Origin: Paramoeba atlantica
Taxonomy: Eukaryota; Protista; Discosea
Direction of reading: 5' to 3'
DNA: 64,000 nucleotides
Assembly: GCA_977017575.1 (NCBI GenBank)
Contig: CDRNVI010000044.1
Location: 372,001-436,000, forward strand
The position numbers and the translations under genes are program-made. This document shows, piece by piece, positions 1-11,393 of the stretch. Below the pieces are notes generated by a model. It was given only the letters and a program-made list of their open reading frames with translations. It was not told the DNA's origin and ran no database searches. Each line of letters begins with the position of its first letter. Position 1 is the first letter of the stretch.

Positions 1-66
1 TGAATAGTTCAATAATGAAGTTGAATTTGTTTTGCTAAAAGAGTGCTTTTAATATACAGTGTTATA

Positions 67-500
67 CCGGTGAAACGGTTATTAAGGATAAAAGTAATTA
101 AGGCAGAACGGATTTAAAAATTAATTATTGCCTTAATTAAAGTTGCCTTAATTAAAATGGCGCTGATAAAAGCCCAAAACAGGTCTTATTTAAATATTGT
201 CGTTTGTAGCATAAGTATCACATTTCTGCTAAAAGTGCTCAATTTCTGATCATTTGTCATGTTTTTCGAACTTTTCTAGACGAGATTCGCCTGTTTCGCC
301 TACCTTTACGGTCTTCAACCAATTCAACATGTGAGAGAAATGCTAAAACGATCATTGAAAGGAGAAGTCTGAGACAGAATCATGAAATTAATTTTCCCAA
401 TTTTTTCCCCAAAATGACAAAAAAATAATTATTCCTTAATTAAAGCTGCCTTAATTAAAGTTGCCTTAATTTTAATTACCCTTAATTGAAGTTTCTACGG
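67..500. mobile_element. Degenerate MITE-like element with TTAATTAAAGTTGCC-type internal repeats
   Basis: Imperfect ~40-bp terminal inverted similarity (CCGGTGAAAC..TAATTAAGGC vs GCCTTAATT..GTTTCTACGG), TA on both flanks, repeated CCTTAATTAAA motifs. Confidence 0.35.
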
Positions 501-603
501 TATTTAATTATTTAATTACGCTTTTAAGGTTATTTTTGGCTAAAATTAATCTTAATTAAATTAACCGTAATATAATCCACTCGTAAATTAATAATTTTTG
601 AAC

Positions 604-1551
604 CAGAGGTCCGTAAAACTACAAAAACTATTTTATAGTACTATTATAGTACTATAAATTATATTTTTTTTACTATTTTTCTTAGAAAGTTTTTTCTAAA
701 AGTATTGCTTGAAATGCCGACTCGACGCAATTCATTTTTTATCACTCCCGTTTTCTTGAAAGATTTCTCACTGTTTTTCACATCACTATGCCCAACAAGC
801 TCGTGGTCAAGCTCAAACCATTTTTCCACACTTCGTTGGAGTCGATGGGGAAGTCGACCTACTTTAATTTCAGATGTGTTCCAGCCCAGACGCCTTGTCT
901 TCTTAGGTCGCTTTTCCTGTCGAAGTACAATGTGTAAATGTGAAATAGGGGGTAAGTGATTCATCAAAATTCTTCAAAAGATTATGAATTTTTCAGATAT
1001 TGAATCTTACAGGCTCTGTGATGTGTTTTTGTGTTTTACCTTGCCATTGAATACGCCACGTCTAGGATCCAACGAGTGATCTAACGGGAACTCGTTGGAC
1101 AACTGTAATGCGGACGTAATCGTTGGACAACTATAATGTTTGCACGCTACAAGGGAAGAGCATTATGGGAAGAACTTGTGAGCTATAGGATCCCGACTTT
1201 TTCCATTTCTGCACAAAAACTACAACTCTTTTCACTTTTTTCTACGCGACAGCGTATCCACGCCACTTGCTCCACCTGACATCTCGTGACCCCTCTAAGC
1301 CTCTATACCTCCATCGGCTCTCTCCTGCCCCGCGAAATTCCTCCAGGTCCATCGACCGATCTGTCTACCGAGTGCCTTCCTGGACATGAAACACTGATAA
1401 AGACCATATAGTTTTTATAGTACCATACAGTATAGTGTTTATAGTACTATAAATGAGGTTTATAGTACTATAAATTTTCTTGAAACACTATAAACTATCT
1501 ATAAATTATTTATAGATAGTAAACTATTTAAAATAGTTTTAGGGACCTCTG
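604..1551. mobile_element. Non-autonomous hAT-like TIR element (948 bp)
   Basis: 18-bp TIR CAGAGGTCC(G/C)TAAAACTA; exact 8-bp TSD TTTTGAAC at 596-603 and 1552-1559; subterminal TATAGTACTA repeats at both ends. Confidence 0.85.
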
Positions 1552-1582
1552 TTTTGAACACACTTTTTGAGTAACTTTTAAG

Positions 1583-2214
1583 CAGGGTTCGCGGAAACTT
1601 TAAAACTTTCAAGAAAGTACTTTAAAGTTACTTTATTTTTTTTCTAAAAACTTTCAAAAACTTTTTTTTTCTTCGTATACTTTAGAATCACAGAATTTCT
1701 TTCATCATGATTTTGATTCGTCTGTATTCATTACAATTTATTGAGGGAGATACTACTCCCTCGCTATCGTAGGTTAATTCGTCGTGCCCGATTTGTGGCC
1801 CGATATCGTTTCAGGTGAGTTTTCGAAAAAAATGTTTACAAAGACGTATGAATCGAATTGAGTGACAAGATCACTAGTTTTTCAACAATTCCGATGGGTA
1901 CCCCCTGCCCCCCCCCCCTCCCCACCAGGGGGATCATAGCAATATTTGAATTTTTGAAAAATAAAACTGAAAAATTTTGGATGAAAATAGAAAAAACATA
2001 TTTTTCCGAAATCAACTCCTAGACCGTTTTTTGAGAGTTTGGGACCTAATATATCGGTGTTTGACGGCTCGGCCGTTAAACGGAGGTTTGTTGACTGGTC
2101 GAGGGCCGTGTTGAAAGTTTTATAGTAAAAAAAAGTATAAAAAGTACTTTAAAGTAACTTTCATCCACTGAAAAAAAACTTTTTTTTACTATAAAAAAGT
2201 TTCCACGAACCCTG
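1583..2214. mobile_element. Non-autonomous hAT-like TIR element (632 bp), second family
   Basis: 17-bp TIR CAGGGTTCG(C/T)GGAAACT; exact 8-bp TSD CTTTTAAG at 1575-1582 and 2215-2222. Confidence 0.85.
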
Positions 2215-2278
2215 CTTTTAAGCGCCCAAGCCATTGGATTCGTCTGTGATCATTTTATAAAGGCTTGTGTTTCGTATG

Positions 2279-2404
2279 AAAGTGAGGTCGATGGTGATAG
2301 ACATGAAAAAAAGTATTTTTGTTTGGGGCTAAAAATCTTAATTAAAAATAACCGTAATTAAAAATAACCGTAATATAATCCACTCGTATTTGAATACTTC
2401 ACTG
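2279..2404. mobile_element. Right half of the CAGTGAAGTATTCAAATACGAG MITE family
   Basis: Near-identical to the spacer plus right arm of the MITE at 7274-7454; smaller fragments at ~540-585 and 22844-22871. Confidence 0.7.
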
Positions 2405-2553
2405 AAACTACCTTACTTACTTAATATTCATGTCCTCTAATGGATTTGTTACATCTCGTTTTCTTATAACATGTTCGAATAAACAAAACGTACTTATTAT
2501 ACTTACTATTTATACTTCCTTGAAATTTATACTTCTTTGAAATTAGTGTGTAG

Positions 2554-2979
<426 letters not shown>

Positions 2980-3301
2980 TGCTACCATGTTATTTCCACT
3001 TTGTGAATATCGTACAGAGTCCAAACTTTTCCAAACGACAAAGAAGTAAAGATAGACGATGAAAAGAAGCAAGCTGGTTTTTTGAATTGCCGTGTAAAGA
3101 TTTTAATATTCGATTATTAAGTACAAGGTACTTCTAACGCATTTTATTTGAAAAAAACGTTACTTACTATCTATCACTCGGTTTAAAATATAGATTTAAA
3201 GATTACAATAACAGAGCATTGTCAAAGTCAAGCCGACACCCCTTCTTAAAATCTCATCAAAATTATATTTCATTTTTCTTGATCTTGTCTTTTAAATTAT
3301 T

Positions 3302-3757
3302 ATGGCGCGCACTAAGGGATCTTTATTACGTCGTGTGCTTCATCCCGATTTTCTTGGCATCAATTGGACTACAATCTCTTTTCGAACCCCTTTTAACAAT
3401 TTATATCCAATAACGCTCAGCGGTGGACCAGCAAATCGAGGGTGGTCAAACCCTGCCTCGTTCGGTCACTTTGCGCATCGTATGGGCCGCATTCATTTGC
3501 GACACTCGTTACTTATGTTTCCTACAATGTACGCCGCTCTTATCTTTATGATGCAGCCTGACTGGTACACTTTTCTCACTGGTCACACGTTCGTTATTAA
3601 AGAAATTCTCGGTATAACAATAAATTTGCCCGAATCTTGGATAGAATATCGTAGAAAAGAAATGGCTGAGCTCACGAGCACAAAACCCGGAGTGCTGCTG
3701 AAACACAAGGCGGGTGGTCAAGTTAGCATTCCAGGATCCGAAAATCTCATTACGTAA
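3302..3757 (+). CDS. Hypothetical 151-aa protein with one hydrophobic segment, possibly mitochondrial membrane
   Basis: Clean ORF co-directional with neighbours; basic N-terminus; hydrophobic stretch LLMFPTMYAALIFMM; family not recognised. Confidence 0.65.
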   Translation: MARTKGSLLRRVLHPDFLGINWTTISFRTPFNNLYPITLSGGPANRGWSNPASFGHFAHRMGRIHLRHSLLMFPTMYAALIFMMQPDWYTFLTGHTFVIKEILGITINLPESWIEYRRKEMAELTSTKPGVLLKHKAGGQVSIPGSENLIT

Positions 3758-4420
3758 AAGGCGCATTTTAATATTATTGATTGTAGAACTCGTATGTGCA
3801 AACATGAACGTGCTGTATCGTACTTGTATAAGGAGCGGTGCACTCAGATCAAATTTTTGGAGTCGTGAGTTTCGTTGCATAGTGTGAAATTTAACTTAAC
3901 AGACTTCCTAAATGTTTTTATACATAAATGTTTTTGTAGGCGCATTGTATTAAAATTCTTTCTTACGCAATATCAAAACGGATATGCGCGTTCGAATCTG
4001 CGTTCGAAGTTGTACAACTTATACAATATGAAACCCCTTCCCTCCCACTTGTTTTTTATACATTTTTTGAAATATTGAATTCGTAGTATATCACAGGAAG
4101 TTTGTACTACTACTATTCACAATCCTTATGCGAAAATTGGAGATTCGTGTCCCATTTGGCATTTATGGGATGGCAGTAAAAAGAAAAGAACACAAATCTT
4201 TAAAAAGAAATACATACACGTAATTAGACAATATTCGGTGTACCACCATAGTATATGGTATCCACTAGTGTAAATTAATCTTATTAATTTATTTTGGGTA
4301 TATGTGCTTGCAAATTGACGATCTCGCCGTCCCAAAATCTCTCTCCTATACCAGCGATTCACCGTATGCAATTTCTATAGGAAACTTCAAAACTAGAAAC
4401 CTTGCAGCTCGTAGAAGGCT

Positions 4421-5005
4421 ATGAAGCAGTCCATAAAAACACTTTCGATGGAACGCTTTAGGGACTTCTTTGCTTTTTTCATAGGAGTGTCCTATTTTGG
4501 CCCATCACCACTAAAAAACTTTTTGGGCGCTCTTAGTCTCGCCGCGTTGTTGACAATGTTATTCAGAGGTTTCAGTCATTCCTTTATATGGGCTTATTGT
4601 ATGAGAGATCCCAAAACTCCCGAAAAGTCGTCAGGGACACCGGTTACGGCACGTCGGTTACAGCGAGTACTAAGGAAAGCGAAGCGCATTACAATGCTGG
4701 AATGGTTATTGAATTATGTAATGGGTAGAGATCGATGGAAACTTTTATCAGGAGAAAATAAAGGAAAAAAGCTTTCCGAACGTCTTTTTCTTCATTTTTC
4801 TTTTTGGGTTTTATTTCCTTGCTTTGGTGCTGTGCTCTACATACTCAACGATCGTCCATGGCTTCCGGTAAAATGGTTTCCGGTGCCCTGTATTCTTGGG
4901 GCTCTAATGGGTTTCTTTGCCTTTTTACTTGTAAACTGTAAAAGTACTATTAGATTATTATTTCAGAGTTTACGTCCTAAAAGGCAGGGTTCACTGAAAC
5001 TTTAA
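4421..5005 (+). CDS. Hypothetical multi-pass membrane protein (194 aa); C-terminus supplied by a transposon end
   Basis: Several hydrophobic segments; the last codons and TAA stop lie in the hAT-like terminus starting at 4985. Confidence 0.5.
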   Translation: MKQSIKTLSMERFRDFFAFFIGVSYFGPSPLKNFLGALSLAALLTMLFRGFSHSFIWAYCMRDPKTPEKSSGTPVTARRLQRVLRKAKRITMLEWLLNYVMGRDRWKLLSGENKGKKLSERLFLHFSFWVLFPCFGAVLYILNDRPWLPVKWFPVPCILGALMGFFAFLLVNCKSTIRLLFQSLRPKRQGSLKL

Positions 5006-5065
5006 AACTTTCAAGAAAATACTTTAAAGTCACTCTTTATTCTAAAAACTTTCAAAAAAGTTTCT
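4985..5065 (+). mobile_element. Solo left end of the 1583-2214 hAT-like family
   Basis: CAGGGTTCACTGAAACTTTAAAACTTTCAAGAAAATACTTTAAAGT matches 1583-1630 with few mismatches. Confidence 0.75.
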
Positions 5066-5596
5066 CAGAAGTAAAAGTTGTACTTTCCGTTTTTACGGTA
5101 TTCAGGAAAAAGCATATACCCGGAAACTACTGTGTACGTAAAATGCAGTATCATATGACAAGTAAGTTTGTGAGAACTCTCGAATGCGGTGTAATTTTCC
5201 AAAATTGTAGTAAATCTAAGTTAAGCGAATCCACCCCCCATTTTTTCCTTCTGTATACAGAAGGACTGCGGGCATGATCTCGCTTGATCTCACGTGTTCT
5301 CGTTTGGGCATCGTCCAACTACACTCCCGGGTGAAATCAGCTCCCGAGAGCTTTCGCATGATCTCGCGTAATCTCGATAGATTTAGTCAGTCGATTTAGT
5401 CAGTTTCGCAATATTCTGACTAGCAAAAGAGGTTATTCCTGCGTATTTCACAGTCTTTACGTATCTGCGTATCTTACATGACAAGAAAAGTGACCAATTT
5501 CTGATATTTTCTTCACACTCTGATATTTTTCAGAGCCGTTCGTCCCCGAAGAGATACATGAATGGCTCCCTAGTTCCAGCCTAGGTAGGCTAGTTG

Positions 5597-6036
5597 GGGT
5601 GAAAAGGGCATATTTTTGTACCAACTCTTCCGATTGACCGAAAACAATTTCTGTAATATTTGAATATATTTAAATATTTTATTGAAATCCTCCATTACAA
5701 AGGAACTGTTATAAAAAAAGTTTGCATCACCTTTAAAAATCTATTTCGCGCAACAATATGAGCTTCTGCTGCGAAAGGTGCGACATATTTGAGTGAGTAA
5801 AATCCTACCATTTACTTACCGGATGAACATTCCTTCCTAGAATTTCCAAAAACTCTTCAGCACCATGTGAAGGTGAAAGTTGATTGCAATTCCGCAATAC
5901 AAGCATTTGTAATATTTCTGTACATTATTAATGAGGAACGATAAAATGATTCTTTAAGTTTAAGAATTTTTTTCCACTCGTCTGGGAGAAATTTCATTGA
6001 AAAAAACAATGGTACAAAAATATGCCCTTTTGACCC
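5597..6036. mobile_element. Unclassified TIR element (440 bp) with apparent 6-bp TSD
   Basis: 27-bp TIR GGGT(G/C)AAAAGGGCATATTTTTGTACCA; TAGTTG at 5591-5596 and 6037-6042. Confidence 0.7.
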
Positions 6037-6227
6037 TAGTTGTTTTTTCATACAGGGCGACAACCTGTAGAGATACTGGGTTCAGCAGGGTTGACGCAAA
6101 GGGCGTTTCCTGCTGAACCTGCCGCCTTCGGCGGCGACACAGGGAAATGCGCGGGATATCAGCCCCGGGAAAGCAAAGAGAAACGGCCTCATCGGGATAA
6201 GATGTCCCGAGATGTTCAGTGAGCGCA

Positions 6228-6800
6228 ATGCTCCAGGAAATATATACAGATTTGTGGGACGCGGATGGTATTCCCATCGTACATGCTACAAATTACTTCC
6301 ATGGTTCATGATACAACATGGTCAGGCTCATGAATGCATGCTGGCAAATGGAGTCATGATTCATGACGCATCATGGGCATCGGGGTCCCACAGAATCCGC
6401 CACGGCTGGTGAGCAAGAGAGGTGCATAGAACATCCTCTAGAACACGCATACAACGTGTTTGCTCGTCGCGTGGGAGACTTCCAGCGTTTGGAAGCCCCC
6501 TGCGCGAAGTACCGGGGTCGCGTCCTGCAAGACTTTGAGCACCTGTGAATTCGCTATGAGTCGTTGTTGTTTACGACGAAAAATGGCGATCTGGAGACTC
6601 ACCATCGAGTGCCACCCGGAAGCCCCTTGCAGCAAATTTGCCTGTGAGGCACTACACATTGTACATTACGTCGAGGGCACGGAATTCGTGAGGGGAAAGA
6701 GTGAACAAATATTTTCTTCGGTGACGCTGAAGATTGATGACCCCCGTTCACATTTATTACCCGCAATTGGTTGAGCGACTCGTGGGAGCTTTTTGACTAA
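6228..6800 (+). pseudogene. Degraded coding relic of unknown origin
   Basis: 190-codon frame interrupted only by seven TGA codons; an overlapping frame (6460-6774) has a Cys/His cluster CHPEAPCSKFACEALH. Confidence 0.3.
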
Positions 6801-6902
6801 TTCCTTCGCGATGCTCCATGTACGTCCCTTGTGCGCCTTAGAAAATGCCTTTTCGTTCTCCACATTAACCCAGCTAGAATATACTAGGGGGGCTAGAATA
6901 TA

Positions 6903-7824
6903 CAGGGGGGTGCACGAAAATATGGGGGTGGTCAAAATTCATATACCTGGGCCAATTTTGGAAAATAATCGCGCATTCGAGAGCTCTCGCAGAGTTACGT
7001 GTCATGTGATAATGCGTTTCCCTCATTTTTAAAGTTTTTAAAAAATAAAAAAAAATCATGATTTTTCAAAGTGCAGAACTCTGTAGTTTTTTGAAAAAAA
7101 TGCTTTTTTGTGAATTTATCGACTTTTTTGATCCTACTACACTAATATGCCCCAGAAAAGGTCATATTCGAATAATAAAAAGGTGCAGAAGCGGGGTAGG
7201 TTTTGTTATTCGCCTCGTGGGCTACTTAGAGCATCTCACAGGATACTTTCGGTAAAATAAATTGAGGAAACTACAGTGAAGTATTCAAATACGAGTGGAT
7301 TATATTACGGTTATTTTTAATTAAGATTATTTTTAGCCCCGAAAGTGAGGTCGATGGTGATAGACATGAAAAAAAGGATTTGTTTTCGGGGCTAAAAATA
7401 ATCTTAATTAAAAATAACCGTAATATAATCCACTCGTATTTGAATACTTCACTGTAGTTTCCTCAATTTATTTTACCGAAAGTATCCTGTGAGATGCTTT
7501 AAGTAGCCCACGAGGCGAATAACAAAACCTACCCCGCTTCTGCACCTTTTTATTATTCGAATATGACCTTTTCTGGGGCATATTAGTGTAGTAGGATCAA
7601 AAAAGTCGATAAATTCACAAAAAAGCATTTTTTTCAAAAAAATACAGAGTTCTGCACTTTGAAAAATCATGATTTTTTTTATTTTTTGAAAACTTTAAAA
7701 ATGAGGGAAACGCATTATCACATGACACGTAACTCTGCGAGAGCTCTCGAATGCGCTATTATTTTCCACAATTGGCCCAGGTATACGAATTTTGACCACC
7801 CCCATATTTTCGTGCACCCCCCTG
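6903..7824. mobile_element. Foldback (fully palindromic) Tc1/mariner-family MITE, 922 bp
   Basis: Two ~370-bp near-perfect inverted arms (hence the mirror ORFs 7058+ and 7473-), CAGGGGGG termini, TA on both flanks. Confidence 0.93.
7274..7454. mobile_element. 181-bp MITE nested at the centre of the foldback
   Basis: ~70-bp TIR starting CAGTGAAGTATTCAAATACGAGTGG; TA at 7272-7273 and 7455-7456; independent partial copy at 2279-2404. Confidence 0.9.
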
Positions 7825-8199
7825 TATTTATGTGATTTTTATCCATTTTTTCTACGTTCACATTTCGTAGCACGCCGAATAACCACTTTTTATACAGTTT
7901 CAAGAAGTTTTTCGTAGTGCATAATATCGGGCAAAACAGGGTGAACGGGGGTGTACATTGTATATAAGCTCCATGGAGTTTCACCTTCCCGGGAGTGCGC
8001 CACTCTGGCGCTGGAGAAATCCGACTAAGATCGTTCCAACAGGTGGTTCCTTACACTTGCCTGAGTAAAGCTTCAGTCCAAGGGACTTGATTGAATATTT
8101 GACCTCGCCTTGGTCGGCCTCGGCGTCGAGAGCCTCCCCACACACTTTAGGGTCACCTGCGAGGGTGACGACGTCCAAGTAGGCCCATATAGGGGTGCG

Positions 8200-8297
8200 A
8201 ATCTAAAGGTTTCCTCGTTCCGACTAATAGCAATTTCACAACGCTTCCTGAAACTCTTCAACGTTCTTTGAACCGTTGCAGAGTGGGTCCATTTCAA
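8200..8297 (-). pseudogene. C-terminal fragment of the local Tc1-like transposase
   Basis: THSATVQRTLKSFRKRCEIAISRN vs THSATVQKTLKSFKKRCEIVISRN in ORF 10813-11172. Confidence 0.8.
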
Positions 8298-10402
8298 TTT
8301 AAGGAAAGACCCCTCAAAGCGCGCTTTTGGGGTATTTTCTAGTAAAAAAAGTAAGGGGCTATAATCTCAGACCTTTCCATCTGATCTGGCTCCGTGCGAA
8401 GTGGGCCGGCTGTGGTGGCCGACGCCGCGATATTTCCCAGGATCGTCCATCAGACGAGCTGGTTTCCCCTTTATAAGGGGATAAGCCCCGTCGAAGGTTC
8501 TGCAGCCCCGTCGAAGGTTGCATTGTACTATCCGCCGACCATCCAGAGTCGGCGAACATCTTTTCTGAGATTTTGATCATTTTCTTTTACTTTATCTCAG
8601 ATCAGAGTATGCAAAATATTTATAAATTTACCTGCATTTTTGTGTAATTTTTATTATTTATGTTATCGTCTTTCCAGAACGGTTCCGTTAAAATGAAATT
8701 ATACAAGAGTTACATTTGATACTTAAGTTAACTAGATGTTTGGAGCTACTCCTGAAAGTCGAATCGCAACTGGGCTGATATGTACTGGCATAATAAGGCC
8801 CACTACATAGTAGATTACGCCTCAGATTGCATACTTTCTTCGTACCGCCTATGGTTACCTGCCGTGGGGACTCTCTATGTTGGGTTCGATTGCTTTATTC
8901 TCCCCCGAGGCGCCTTTTTCACTATTTCTAGGGATGCTTTCAGCTCAAGGAAGTCAAATTGTTTCTGTTCCATGTTTGGGCGCAAACTTGAAGGTGGGTT
9001 TAACTCTGAAGAAGAAGTCAGTGAGGACTTTGACGATGAAGAATTTTGATAATTCTAACTTTCTAAGGGACCAAACGTCATGATTCGCCAATTATTCTGT
9101 CAGTTACATGTGTAGTGTGTTTTCGTTAGGGTGAGTTTTTTTTATATTCCCGCACTTTAGTTTGACCACGTTTTGTTCGTGAGGCCAATATGTGAAATGG
9201 AATTTTTCTTTCATTTTTTTTTCTTTCCAAATACGGAGGCCGCATAATTCCTCTCACTAGTAAGATCATACTGAACCCAATTGGCTTATTCCACCGACCC
9301 TAACAATTTATTCCATGTTCGCCAAATTTCCTATCTTACGCCAAATTTCGATGTGATGGTTTCGGGCAAAAAATCGGAAAGGTTTAATTGGGGTTTCTCG
9401 AGCTTTCATCAAGATTTAACGAAGTCACCCCTAACCTATCAGCTGTCGAGTAGAATACCTTATCAGGCGAAAAGTGAGGCAAGCCGCCTTCCGCAATGCT
9501 ATTACTATGCTGGGTGTCATTCACAGTGATTCAGCGAGCATGTGGAGAATCACTTGGGAACGAAACCTTTTTATTGCTTACTCCCCACTACACTTTCCAG
9601 ACACGCTCTAGTGGACGTTTTTAGATGACATCACTGTGAACCCCTTTCACTGAGGCAAAATCACCGAGAAAGGTCTGCAAACACGTTGGGGCCTCCAAAC
9701 ACAGACTACCTGTATATCACCCTCCCTGCCATGCGGGATAGTGCCCACAGAACTAGCGCTCTACCTCAACAATTGTGGACCAACATCTCCGGATAGTTCC
9801 CTCATTCTCTAGAACTTAACGCCTGTTGTACCTCGACAATAGTGAACCACCATCTGATGGGCACAGGGGTGTTGCATGCATCCGCAGTTCACCCATCATT
9901 CATCCGCACTGCGTTCCATGAAACAGATTGGCCGCAACTCGAAACGTATACGTCGGATGCTGTACGTCGGTGCTTTGTACCTGAGTCGATAGCTACAATA
10001 ATGAAATGATCGCACAGCTGCGCACAAACTTCTGTTGGACACTTGTCTTTTAAATCTATTACTTGTTCATTAATACTACTTTCTCCCACAACGCAGCGAA
10101 GCCCTTCCGTTACTAGACTTCCGTTACTATTCATTCAAAATTTTTATCCTGGATTGCGGCGTTTGAAATACTCTGCTCACATGTCCAAAAAGAAGTCGTT
10201 CAAATTAGGATCTTGGGTCGCACAGTAAAATCTACAAGTGTCCCTTGCTCAGATCGTTTCCGCTGCTGTGTAGCCCGCAGCCTATCTTCATACGTCGTCT
10301 TCATCGACACCTCGAATCCTCAGGGATTTACATGATTTCCCGTCGTCGTCTTTGTCTCGCGCCACGTGGCGATAGATTTTGAAGATCGGGCTCCAATAAC
10401 TA

Positions 10403-11393
10403 CAGGGGTGCGGGTCTAAAGGTGGGGGGGGTCTAAAATTCGTAAAAGTTGTCCAATTTTGGAAAATAATAGCGCATTGGATAGCTCTCACAGAGTTGTA
10501 TGTTTTAGGCGTCATTGAAATCCTGTGATTTTAACGTACATATTTTTTGATACCACATTTCGCTTTTTTCCCTCGCAGGAATTACATTTTTTACTAGAAA
10601 ATGCCCCAAAAGCGCGCTCGCTCGAGGACTTCCCGTGGAGTACTGAGCGATAGATCGTATTCTTTCCCCGCCCCCGTCAAAGAGAGTCACCACATGATTT
10701 TGGTGGCGGAATACGAGCGCACAGGATCGTACTCCGCTACGGCGCAGCACTTTGGTGTTCATGAGAACACTGTAAAACGTTGGGTTGAAACGTTGGAATT
10801 TTTGATCAGGTTATGAAAAAGCCACGGGGCTTTCTTCAATATTTAAAGCGACATCCAGCGGCCACGATTGCCATGGACAACTGCCCGGCCCACAACAAGG
10901 CGCGTGCCACGTTCCGTGATACAGGAATTTCCATTCTCCCCTGGCTTGCAAAATCTCCAGACCTGAATCCGATCGAAAATTTGTGGTCTGTGATGGACAC
11001 AGACAAAAATCTTCTTCGACCCCGAAATCGACAGCAACTGGAAGCCGCTATTGAGGGGTCTTTCCTTAAATTGAAACAGACCCACTCTGCAACGGTTCAG
11101 AAAACGTTGAAGAGTTTCAAGAAGCGTTGTGAAATTGTTATTAGTCGGAACGGGAGGCACTGTGGTTACTAATTGTCTTTTGCAATCCAAATTACAGAAA
11201 TTATTGACATCACTAAAGTATTGCAATATGTGTTTTTGACCCTTACATGAAAGGGGGGTACCCCCCAAACCCCGGATGCTACCTATCCTAAAACATACAA
11301 CTCTGTGAGAGCTATCCAATGCGCTATTATTTTCCAAAATTGGACAACTTTTACGAATTTTAGACCCCCCCCACCTTTAGATTCGCACCCCTG
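10403..11393 (+). mobile_element. Internally deleted Tc1/mariner transposon (991 bp)
   Basis: ~105-bp TIRs (CAGGGGTGCG..GTTTTAGG); TA TSD at 10401-10402 and 11394-11395; transposase remnants inside. Confidence 0.95.
10601..11172 (+). pseudogene. Tc1-like DDE transposase remnant: HTH fused to C-terminal catalytic half
   Basis: N-terminal HTH-like SATAQHFGVHENTVKRW; MDNCPAH (second D) and WLAKSPDLNPIENLW (E); first-D region missing. Confidence 0.9.

Noticed and set aside
659-967. Transposase of the hAT-like element 604-1551
   Set aside because: No hAT motif; only a faint pogo-like KSFKKTG resemblance, so not called.
7058-7670. Duplicated 65-aa gene pair
   Set aside because: Mirror ORFs are a by-product of the foldback arms; no protein features.
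8780-9049. BTB-like fragment (FFTISRDAF..CSMFG)
   Set aside because: Too short and weak to support by eye.
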